64,000 bases of DNA from Minisyncoccota bacterium (GTDB lineage: Bacteria; Patescibacteriota; Minisyncoccia; Phycocordibacterales; UBA2100), in assembly GCA_043780835.1 (NCBI GenBank), contig JAYWCB010000005.1:22280-86279 (forward strand). Reading direction: 5' to 3'. Shown here in pieces: positions 17,492 through 24,595 of the stretch. The stretch's first letter is position 1, and every line of letters starts with the position of its first letter. The notes under the pieces were generated by a model. It saw only the letters and a list, made by a program, of their open reading frames with translations. It did not search any database and was not told where the DNA came from. The position numbers were made by a program, and so were the translations under genes.

Positions 17492-17743
17492 ATGACCAAC
17501 ACAGAACTTTTGGAACAGATGGAATCGGCACTGGAGAGCGGCGGAGAAGCTGCGCTCGAGCGTTACCTCATCGATAATTTCGAAAATCTACCCAAAGACA
17601 TACAGGGTAAGGTACTGGTTTCTTTCATGCGGGAAACGGTGGAGGGCGATGATGCGATACTTGAGATACAGGAGAAGGGGATTGCCGCCATCCAAGCAAT
17701 TGAAGCGCTTAAAGCAGAGATCACAAACGAGGGCTCTAAGTAA
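17492..17743 (+). CDS. Small acidic hypothetical protein (83 aa)
   Basis: Starts 2 nt after the upstream stop; likely co-translated. Confidence 0.4.
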   Translation: MTNTELLEQMESALESGGEAALERYLIDNFENLPKDIQGKVLVSFMRETVEGDDAILEIQEKGIAAIQAIEALKAEITNEGSK

Positions 17744-17765
17744 GGGTTTAAAAGCGGATCGACAC

Positions 17766-17794
17766 TTGACAAGTTGTATTTATTGGTCTACAAT
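17766..17794 (+). promoter_or_regulatory. Consensus promoter TTGACA-17-TACAAT
   Basis: Read directly. The downstream leader carries an AAGGAG SD. Confidence 0.6.
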
Positions 17795-17860
17795 ACACCC
17801 AGTGTCCCGAATCGTAATGACCGGGATTCAATATCACAATCAAACAGCAAGGAGCTCTCG

Positions 17861-18313
17861 ATGAAAACGTTCAACATGGCCTTGGTTGGTGCGAGTGCAC
17901 TTTTGCTCGGCGCGTTCGTTCAAGTGAACGATGCGGCGGCGCAGTATCGCGGCAATCCGAACGGCGGAGTCGCAACGGGGGGAAGCATGGCAATTCAAAA
18001 TGGCGTTCCTCACGCATCCCAGCATTACGACAACAGCTGTCGTCGACTCGGTGGTCCATGGTGCCTTACGGGTCCTGGAAATCATGGCGGCGGCTACGGT
18101 AAGCAGTACGGAGGCGTTTATAGTCAACAATACGGCCATGGTCATAGAGTGCAACATGGACAGCGGATGGTGCTGATGAGTCGCGAAGTGCGGCACATCC
18201 GAATCGTTCGCACTCATCAGGAGAGAGGGTCGATGCAAGGGGGAACGAATTCATCGGGCAATATGTCCGGCGTCTCGCGCCCTTCGCTTCCCAGCGGTTG
18301 GTCATGGATGTAA
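17861..18313 (+). CDS. Secreted Gly-rich protein
   Basis: Signal peptide MKTFNMALVGASALLLGAFVQVNDAAA. SD aaggag lies 7 nt upstream. Confidence 0.55.
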   Translation: MKTFNMALVGASALLLGAFVQVNDAAAQYRGNPNGGVATGGSMAIQNGVPHASQHYDNSCRRLGGPWCLTGPGNHGGGYGKQYGGVYSQQYGHGHRVQHGQRMVLMSREVRHIRIVRTHQERGSMQGGTNSSGNMSGVSRPSLPSGWSWM

Positions 18314-18316
18314 TAC

Positions 18317-18532
18317 ATGGTACATGACGAAAAAAAACCCGGGAAAGCCGGTGATGGAGGTGAAAAGGTGTTGAAGGCAGTTGCCATCACGGTCGTGGTC
18401 ATCCTCGCTATAATCGGTCTCATATCGCTGGGAAACAACGACGTGCGTATACGAGACGGCGGAGTCAGAGTCGGTGGTAACCCCGCGTACGATCACCTGC
18501 CGCGCCTCCCACGCGGATGGCATTACGATTGA
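18317..18532 (+). CDS. Small single-TM membrane protein
   Basis: TM helix VLKAVAITVVVILAIIGLISLG. Confidence 0.35.
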   Translation: MVHDEKKPGKAGDGGEKVLKAVAITVVVILAIIGLISLGNNDVRIRDGGVRVGGNPAYDHLPRLPRGWHYD

Positions 18533-18553
18533 GTTCTTTCAAAAAAACAAAAA

Positions 18554-18578
18554 GGCGCCTCTGAACGGCGCCTTTTTC
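18554..18578 (+). terminator. Intrinsic terminator ggcgcc-tctgaac-ggcgcc plus T5
   Basis: Read directly. Confidence 0.65.
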
Positions 18579-18582
18579 TTTA

Positions 18583-18613
18583 TTGACAGATCGTAACAGA
18601 TATGATGTTATAT
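18583..18613 (+). promoter_or_regulatory. Promoter TTGACA with a -10 region TATGATGTTATAT
   Basis: Exact -35. The -10 is ambiguous, with a 17-19 nt spacer. Confidence 0.4.
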
Positions 18614-18659
18614 CGCCAGCTCAATAATGGGTAAATCCGGCGAAAGATAGGAGACCATC

Positions 18660-19367
18660 TTGTCAAAACTCTATTCCTTACTCTACGCTGCAGTAATTGG
18701 GATCGTCGCGTTTCTCTTGATCGCGCTTTTTCTCCCGTATCAGGCGGAGTGGGGTCGCCGCGTATCGGCAAACTTCATTACGGGGCTGATGCCGGGGGTG
18801 ACGGATCCGTTCATTTCCTCATGGGCGCTTGCGGCTCTGGTGTTCACGCTCGTGTTCGCCGTCGCCGCACTCGTGCTGTTGATCGTGATCCGTCGGACAC
18901 ACGGGAATTCATTGCTCGCGATCTGCGCGTCGATGCTCAACGTGGGCCCGAGCATCTGGTTCGGTATTCACATGCATCGCGTGTTTATCGGTCCGCTCGA
19001 ATACGGCCCGATCAAATTGGCTGCGATCGCTCCGTCTGCGATCAACGTCTCATACTTTGTATGGACGATCGTATTGCCCGGAGTGGGGTACCTCGCACTC
19101 TGTATGCTAGCGCTTGTGATGCGTCCGCGAACATCGACTGTTCTGTTCATGTTCTCGGCCGTTGCGTCGATGGTTCCGATCGCTGAGATCGGATACGTCT
19201 GGCTTTCGTGGGCAGGGAGTTCGTCGTGGCAGCCGAATCTACTCCGGGACAACGCGATGATCGTGTGGTTCTGGGTGGAGTTCGTGGATGTGCTGATCCT
19301 TGCGACAGCTTACATGCTCGCTACGAGATCAGCAGTCGTCGAGCCGGGAGTGGCAGGCACCCACTAA
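18660..19367 (+). CDS. Polytopic membrane protein (TTG start)
   Basis: Six hydrophobic segments. AGGAG lies 8 nt upstream of the TTG. Confidence 0.5.
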   Translation: MSKLYSLLYAAVIGIVAFLLIALFLPYQAEWGRRVSANFITGLMPGVTDPFISSWALAALVFTLVFAVAALVLLIVIRRTHGNSLLAICASMLNVGPSIWFGIHMHRVFIGPLEYGPIKLAAIAPSAINVSYFVWTIVLPGVGYLALCMLALVMRPRTSTVLFMFSAVASMVPIAEIGYVWLSWAGSSSWQPNLLRDNAMIVWFWVEFVDVLILATAYMLATRSAVVEPGVAGTH

Positions 19368-19386
19368 CGCTCTTCAGGAAATACAA

Positions 19387-19415
19387 GGCGGGCCCGTCAG
19401 GCCCGCCTTGACTTT
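19387..19415 (+). terminator. Hairpin ggcgggcc-cgtca-ggcccgcc followed by a T-rich tract
   Basis: Read directly. Confidence 0.5.
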
Positions 19416-19472
19416 TTATGTATTTTATGTATGGTTTGTGCAGGAAAAAACACCACGGGAAGGGTTTCCATC

Positions 19473-19973
19473 ATGGTACATATCGATCCGGCTCACGACG
19501 CTCACGGAGATACCGGTCACAAACAGACCTTCATCCTCGCAGTCGCGGGAATGTGGTCAATCATGTTTTCGCTGATCATTTATCTCTCGATCACGGGGTG
19601 GTTCATACCGAACATCCGCTCCGATATTCCCACCGCGATTATTTCTTCGGTGCGGATCATTGGCGCGATCTCGTTTTTCGCGATCGTGCATGTAGGAATC
19701 CAGCTCGCGCTCATAACAAACCGTCCGAATAGGGAAGCACCGCTGTGGCAGAAGGCATTCGACTATCTCACATCGTTCGCCCCCTTACTATTGGGTGTGA
19801 TCCTCGGACATATCATGGCGGCGCGGCAGTATGACCGCGCATACGCGTCATGGTGGATCGAGCTTCGCTTCTGGATCGACGTGATCGTGTGCACTGCGAT
19901 TGCAGTCGACGTGATCCCAACAGTTAAATTGATCATTTTTGGTCGATCAAGCGCGGCAGACGATGATCACTGA
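19473..19973 (+). CDS. Polytopic membrane protein
   Basis: Hydrophobic helices. The start is at MVHIDP, after a gggaaggg SD-like element. Confidence 0.45.
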   Translation: MVHIDPAHDAHGDTGHKQTFILAVAGMWSIMFSLIIYLSITGWFIPNIRSDIPTAIISSVRIIGAISFFAIVHVGIQLALITNRPNREAPLWQKAFDYLTSFAPLLLGVILGHIMAARQYDRAYASWWIELRFWIDVIVCTAIAVDVIPTVKLIIFGRSSAADDDH

Positions 19974-19993
19974 TCATTCAATGGCACACTGAA

Positions 19994-20024
19994 CGCCGGC
20001 AACCACTAATGTTGCCGGCGTTTT
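19994..20024 (+). terminator. Intrinsic terminator cgccggcaac-cactaat-gttgccggcg plus T4
   Basis: Read directly. Confidence 0.65.
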
Positions 20025-20030
20025 AATATA

Positions 20031-20058
20031 TTGACAAAAACGGATTCACGTGTATAAT
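20031..20058 (+). promoter_or_regulatory. Consensus promoter TTGACA-16-TATAAT
   Basis: Read directly. Confidence 0.6.
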
Positions 20059-20106
20059 ACTTGACAGTCTGAGGCATACCGCCTTCAGTTTATAAGGGAG
20101 ATACCG

Positions 20107-20841
20107 ATGCACAGGATCACGACAATACTCGCTACGGTTGCAATCATCGGCTCAGCATCGCTCGCGGCATTTGCCCAAAGCGACATCCTCGAGCCCGTAA
20201 CGCCGCCGACTGCGAAGACCGAAACCCCGCCTGTCGTAACAGCGGCTCCGGCAGAAAAGACGAAGGCTCCGCCGGTCATAACTGCAGCGCCAAAGTCTGA
20301 AGCGTTGCCGGCCGCTACCACGGAACCGACACTTGCTCCACCGGCGCCAAAGCCCTCGATCGCGGCAACGGCACCGCTTCCTCCGCCTGCGCCGCTGACG
20401 CTAGATGTTTCGCTGGAAACGCAGGTGAATAACCTGCAGACGAAACTCGCCAACATCGAGAAATCGACCAAGGAGGAGCTCGCGCGGACGAATGAACAAC
20501 TGGGCAAGACCAGTGACGCTGTCACGAAATCGACCAGTGTGATGGTCGAGCTCGCGAAGACGATTGATGGTCTCAACAAGAAGATCGACGGAGTCGATGC
20601 GAAGATTGCTAGCATTCCTGCGAGCGCGCCGGCAACGGACGTTTCCAAGGATCTGAAGGCACTCTCCGATCGCGTGCTTTCGATTGAAACGAAGCTCAGC
20701 GATCCGGCTGTACCTGTTGCGCCGCCGGCAGCAACGCCGACGTCGGAACGGGAGTCGTCCACAAAGACCGCGGAAACGACCGACTTCGGCCCGAAACACG
20801 AGCCGTTCTCGCTTCCGAAGGGTTGGTCGGCTCTGAACTGA
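20107..20841 (+). CDS. Secreted Pro/Ala-rich coiled-coil protein
   Basis: Signal peptide, a PPVITAAP region, and heptad-like LQTKLANIEKSTKEEL. SD gggag. Confidence 0.6.
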   Translation: MHRITTILATVAIIGSASLAAFAQSDILEPVTPPTAKTETPPVVTAAPAEKTKAPPVITAAPKSEALPAATTEPTLAPPAPKPSIAATAPLPPPAPLTLDVSLETQVNNLQTKLANIEKSTKEELARTNEQLGKTSDAVTKSTSVMVELAKTIDGLNKKIDGVDAKIASIPASAPATDVSKDLKALSDRVLSIETKLSDPAVPVAPPAATPTSERESSTKTAETTDFGPKHEPFSLPKGWSALN

Positions 20842-20878
20842 CCCAACCGATTAGATATCGGAAGGGAATGCACTTTAA

Positions 20879-20904
20879 GGGCCTCCTCACGGAGGCCCTT
20901 TGTT
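20879..20904 (+). terminator. Intrinsic terminator gggcctcc-tcac-ggaggccc plus tttgtt
   Basis: Read directly. Confidence 0.65.
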
Positions 20905-20908
20905 ATAC

Positions 20909-20940
20909 TTGACAAATGGTTATGAACATAGTATTATAAT
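20909..20940 (+). promoter_or_regulatory. Consensus promoter TTGACA-17-TATTAT(AAT)
   Basis: Read directly. Confidence 0.55.
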
Positions 20941-20994
20941 ACCAGATCGGTAAAACCTACCGATGATTTGGCTCAACCCAAGAGGAGACTAGCT

Positions 20995-21264
20995 ATGGTG
21001 ACCACGAAGATCGCGTTTGCTTTTGCCACCCTGTTCGTGCTCTCTGCTCCCGCCAGTGCCGACGTGAAAGTGGACACATCCACTTTCCCGAAGAACTGGA
21101 CGGCTGTCGGACAGCCGAAGGACCAGAAGGACGGTGAGAAGTGCAGTGTCGAGTCTGGGCGCAAGCTCGTGATCTCAGACCGCTTCAAGGTACTGCCGAA
21201 CGGCAACCGCTTCTATCTCTTCGACTGCGTGCCACTCAACGATGCACGTAGCGCGGCTAAGTAA
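20995..21264 (+). CDS. Small secreted protein (89 aa)
   Basis: SD gaggag lies 7 nt upstream. Signal peptide MVTTKIAFAFATLFVLSAPASA. Confidence 0.5.
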   Translation: MVTTKIAFAFATLFVLSAPASADVKVDTSTFPKNWTAVGQPKDQKDGEKCSVESGRKLVISDRFKVLPNGNRFYLFDCVPLNDARSAAK

Positions 21265-21287
21265 GGTCAGGTTCGACCATGTTCTTT

Positions 21288-21330
21288 GGGGACAGTTGCA
21301 TACTGCAGCTGTCCCCTAAAACTTTTATTC
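21288..21330 (+). terminator. 12-bp hairpin ggggacagttgc-atact-gcagctgtcccc followed by a U-rich tract
   Basis: Read directly. Confidence 0.45.
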
Positions 21331-21419
21331 TTCCGGACGCAAAGCTTCGCGGCTTTGGATCCGGGTGAAGAAACCCTTGCTCTTTACATCACACATATAC
21401 AGCACAGAGGAGAGTTACC

Positions 21420-21956
21420 ATGAATATGATTCGCATTATTGCGTTGCTTCTGATCTCCGTTACCACCGCTTCCGCGCAGGACTGCAAGGTGCTCGATTCG
21501 TCACTCCTCGCACCTGTCAGTGAGACGACGCCGGGATATACGATGGTAGAGATCATGATTCCGATCGCGATATCGAACGAGCAGAAACCGCTCAAGGTCG
21601 GCGGCAAAGGTAGCTTCCGATTCTTCCTGTCAGGCGTTCACGAGCTGGTTGCGTACGACACGTACACTGGCATCAAGACGATCGAACGGTGTGTCCGCGA
21701 AGTTCGCGGCGCAAACGGTGAGCGATTTACCGATTCGTATCTGAGCATGCAGGTGGTCGGCAATGTCTCTAACGTCGGAGCGAACGCGTTTCTTGTGAAG
21801 GCATCGATCGTGATGCCGGCGGTGACTGTCGTTTCCAAGCCAGAGGTTTTTACCCGTTTAAAAGACGGGGAACAATATTCCGGTGCATGGGCAACGAGAG
21901 AAGGCAGGCAGTACCTTGTGCTCTCAAGCAAGAAAATGCCGGCCGATAGCAAGTAA
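21420..21956 (+). CDS. Secreted hypothetical protein
   Basis: SD agaggag. Signal peptide MNMIRIIALLLISVTTASA. Confidence 0.5.
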   Translation: MNMIRIIALLLISVTTASAQDCKVLDSSLLAPVSETTPGYTMVEIMIPIAISNEQKPLKVGGKGSFRFFLSGVHELVAYDTYTGIKTIERCVREVRGANGERFTDSYLSMQVVGNVSNVGANAFLVKASIVMPAVTVVSKPEVFTRLKDGEQYSGAWATREGRQYLVLSSKKMPADSK

Positions 21957-21985
21957 CTGGCGCACTGCGCAAATATGTGAGAAAA

Positions 21986-22012
21986 GGGGGGCATCATGGC
22001 CTCCCTTTTTTT
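21986..22012 (+). terminator. Hairpin gggggg-catcatgg-cctccc plus T7
   Basis: Read directly. Confidence 0.5.
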
Positions 22013-22017
22013 GTACC

Positions 22018-22045
22018 TTGACATTCAATAAAATCCATGTATAAT
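22018..22045 (+). promoter_or_regulatory. Consensus promoter TTGACA-16-TATAAT
   Basis: Read directly. Confidence 0.6.
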
Positions 22046-22086
22046 AACGATATTAAAAGGTTTTCTGTGTTAATTAACAAATTTGT

Positions 22087-23568
22087 ATGAACTCATTCAA
22101 AACGTTCAGTGTAAATAGCTCTTTGGCCGTGACAGTTGCTCTTTTGATAGCGTGTGCGTCATTTGGCATCTCATCGACTGTAGCTAACGCTGCGGATATT
22201 GGTGAGTTCGGCGACTTTGGAGGCGCTTCCGGCGGCTACTACGGTGGTCAGGAATTTGCTGCTAATAATTATTATGGTGGTCAGGAGTTCGCAGCTGACA
22301 ACTATTACGGTGGCCAAGAGTTTTCCAGTAATGGCTACTTCGGTGGTCAGGAGTTCTCAAACAATGGTGACTACTTCGGCGGAATGGAATTCGCAAACAA
22401 AGGCGACTACTATGGCGGAATGGAGTTTTCTAACTCTGGCACGTCGCTAACGACCGATACATATGACGTATATGAGGCACTCGATACCTATGCAGCACAA
22501 AGCTATGGTTCAACTGGTTCATTCGGTGGTGGTTCATTCGGTGGCGGTTCAACAGGAGGATATTCCTCTGGCGGACGCTCTGGCGGATCATCCTTCGGTG
22601 GTTACTCGACTCCGAGCTTTAGTTCATCCGGCGGGTGCACCACGTGCCACTCCCAGACTCCGAATTATCCGGCACCGGTGTGCATAACGTGCAATTACCC
22701 GGTCCCAACACCAGTTCCTCATCCGGTTCCGACATGCACCACATGCGGCGGATCGAATGTAACGAACACGAACATCAAGACCACAAACACGTACACTGAC
22801 AACTCGATCAACGGCAGCTTCAACACAAATGTGCACGGTGATGGCAATGTTGTCGGCGGCGGTTACCAGGGCGTTGCAGTTGCAACACTTGCTCCGGTTG
22901 TTCCGCAGCATCCGATCGTGTATCAGCAGCAGATTGCAGCTCCGTACTGTGTGATTAATCTCACCAATGCCGGCGCATACAATGCACAGGCAACACTCGT
23001 GTGGTCGTCAAGCAATGCGCAGAATGCATACATTTCGCAGGTTGGTGCAGTTGCACCGAACGGTCAGCGATTTGTAACGGGTTACACAAACCAGACGTAC
23101 TCTCTTACAGTTACCGGTCAGGGCGGTACCTACACCTGCAACACGCAGCCTTGGGCGCCAACGTATGTTGCGCCAACACCGATTAACCCGAGCGTTTCGC
23201 TCACGCAGATTCCGTACACCGGCCTCGCACTCTCACCGTTTGCACAGGCGATGTATTGGCTCTCGCTCATGTCAGTAGCTGCGGCAGGTGGATACTTGCT
23301 CGTCTACTACAAGGGAGGAGCACTCGCGTTCGCTGGTGCAGCGCTGAGCCGCCGACAGAATCACATCGTTGTATCTGAAACGTCTGAACAGGATACGACC
23401 GAAGTTGAAGCTCCGGAAACAGAAAATGAAGGGGAAACAGAACCGCAGGTCAGTCCTGTGAATATGCGCACCTTTCTTCCAACAATGGCAGAAACTCAGA
23501 CACGTGATGCGATGCAAATGATCCGAAATGCCGCAGGTGTTCCGCAGATCATCATCAGCCGCGCCTAG
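22087..23568 (+). CDS. Surface protein with six YYGGQEF repeats, Gly/Ser-rich and Cys-containing segments, one beta-sandwich-like domain related to the 904-aa protein, an IPYTG-TM-YKGGA sorting signal, and an acidic C-terminal tail
   Basis: Signal peptide. LTQIPYTGLALSPFAQAMYWLSLMSVAAAGGYLLVYYKGGA. Domain LVWSSSNAQNAYISQVGAV...YSLTVTGQGGTYTC. Confidence 0.7.
   Translation: MNSFKTFSVNSSLAVTVALLIACASFGISSTVANAADIGEFGDFGGASGGYYGGQEFAANNYYGGQEFAADNYYGGQEFSSNGYFGGQEFSNNGDYFGGMEFANKGDYYGGMEFSNSGTSLTTDTYDVYEALDTYAAQSYGSTGSFGGGSFGGGSTGGYSSGGRSGGSSFGGYSTPSFSSSGGCTTCHSQTPNYPAPVCITCNYPVPTPVPHPVPTCTTCGGSNVTNTNIKTTNTYTDNSINGSFNTNVHGDGNVVGGGYQGVAVATLAPVVPQHPIVYQQQIAAPYCVINLTNAGAYNAQATLVWSSSNAQNAYISQVGAVAPNGQRFVTGYTNQTYSLTVTGQGGTYTCNTQPWAPTYVAPTPINPSVSLTQIPYTGLALSPFAQAMYWLSLMSVAAAGGYLLVYYKGGALAFAGAALSRRQNHIVVSETSEQDTTEVEAPETENEGETEPQVSPVNMRTFLPTMAETQTRDAMQMIRNAAGVPQIIISRA
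22237..22437 (+). repeat. Six tandem 33-36 nt coding repeats (YYGGQEF-x-N-x)
   Basis: Protein-level repeats with diverged codons. Confidence 0.6.
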
Positions 23569-23901
23569 TCACATGAAGTCCGCCGCTCGTCCTGCGAAGC
23601 CACAGGCCTCGCAGGGCCAAAGCTCCAACCCTCCTACGCTCCTTACGAGCTACGAAGGGCAAGAAAGTGAAACGAAACAGCCCCGAAAATTGTCGGGGCT
23701 GTTTTGGTTTTAACTTTTGTTTCGCATCTGTTCGCGGACTTCTTCGCGCACCCAATCCTTAAATCGATCTATTTGTTGTTTCACTTCTTCCTTTATCCAT
23801 TGCTTATCGCTCGATGAAAGTCCTTGATCTGCCATACGTTTGTTCATGTATTAAATGGCTTATATGACGCAAGTATATCGCATACTCCGTGCACATCGCC
23901 T

Positions 23902-23939
23902 ATACACCAATCTCTCACCACCGCGTATAATCGGTGTAT
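23902..23939 (+). repeat. 38-nt element atacaccaatctctcaccaccgcgtataatcggtgtat (internal inverted ends ATACACC...GGTGTAT), copy 1; overlaps the -10 box and start codon of the downstream gene
   Basis: Read directly. Copy 2 lies at 24507-24544, with 31 of 38 identical. Confidence 0.7.
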
Positions 23940-24498
23940 GGGCAGTATCGAACTTCAGGGTGCGAAACTTACACGAAAGAATCGCACGAAATATCTCATC
24001 TTGGAGACTATAAAGATTGCAGGTGTCTTAAGCGTCGCGCTTGTCGCCCCGAATATCCTTTCTGGGCTCGCTAAATTAGGTGTTATTGCAACACCTCGCG
24101 CAGGTGAAATCGCAAAGCGTTCGTATACGCGCATGGTAGCGGCAGGGTTAGTAAAATTCGATGGGAAGTTCCTCAGACTTACAGAAAAGGGTAAATTCGA
24201 GCTTGACCGTATGAGTATGGCAACAATAAAGCCCAAGAAATGGGACAGAAAATGGCGCGTGCTTATCTTTGATATACCTGACTATCGTAGAAGTTTGCGA
24301 GATAAAGTGAGGCGAACGCTTCGAATGATCGGGTTTGAACGGTTGCAAGATAGTGTGTGGATTTACCCGTATGATTGCGAAGATCACATCACATTACTGA
24401 AAGCCGATTTTAAGGTGGGGAAAGACATGCTGTATATGGTGGTTGATTCTTTAGAAGGCGATAGCTGGCTGCGGAAACATTTTGCGCTGAAAGGCTGA
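23938..24498 (+). CDS. PaaX-family-like putative regulator (winged-helix N-terminus plus Cas2-like PaaX_C-type C-terminal domain)
   Basis: KWRVLIFDIPDYRRSLRDKVRRTLRMIGFERLQDSVWIYP resembles the PaaX C-terminal / Cas2-like motif. TATAAT sits 6 nt before the ATG. Confidence 0.5.
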   Translation: MGSIELQGAKLTRKNRTKYLILETIKIAGVLSVALVAPNILSGLAKLGVIATPRAGEIAKRSYTRMVAAGLVKFDGKFLRLTEKGKFELDRMSMATIKPKKWDRKWRVLIFDIPDYRRSLRDKVRRTLRMIGFERLQDSVWIYPYDCEDHITLLKADFKVGKDMLYMVVDSLEGDSWLRKHFALKG

Positions 24499-24506
24499 TC
24501 TGATAG

Positions 24507-24544
24507 ATACACCGATTTCTCACCACCGTGCACTATTGGTGTAT
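24507..24544 (+). repeat. 38-nt element, copy 2, 9 nt after the stop of the PaaX-like gene
   Basis: atacaccgatttctcaccaccgtgcactattggtgtat. Confidence 0.7.
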
Positions 24545-24595
24545 CTGGTAAAAAGGTGTGGCATGAGGGTTCAACAGCGACGACTACAGCGGCGA

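Noticed and set aside
20062-20096. Second TTGACA upstream of the 20107 gene
   Set aside because: The nearest -10 candidate (TATAAG) would need a 23-nt spacer. The first promoter at 20031-20058 fits the consensus.
23709-23834. 41-aa charged helical minus-strand ORF (MADQGLSSSDKQWIKEEVKQQIDRFKDWVREEVREQMRNKS)
   Set aside because: No SD or promoter is evident and it is very short, so it is kept only as a remote possibility.
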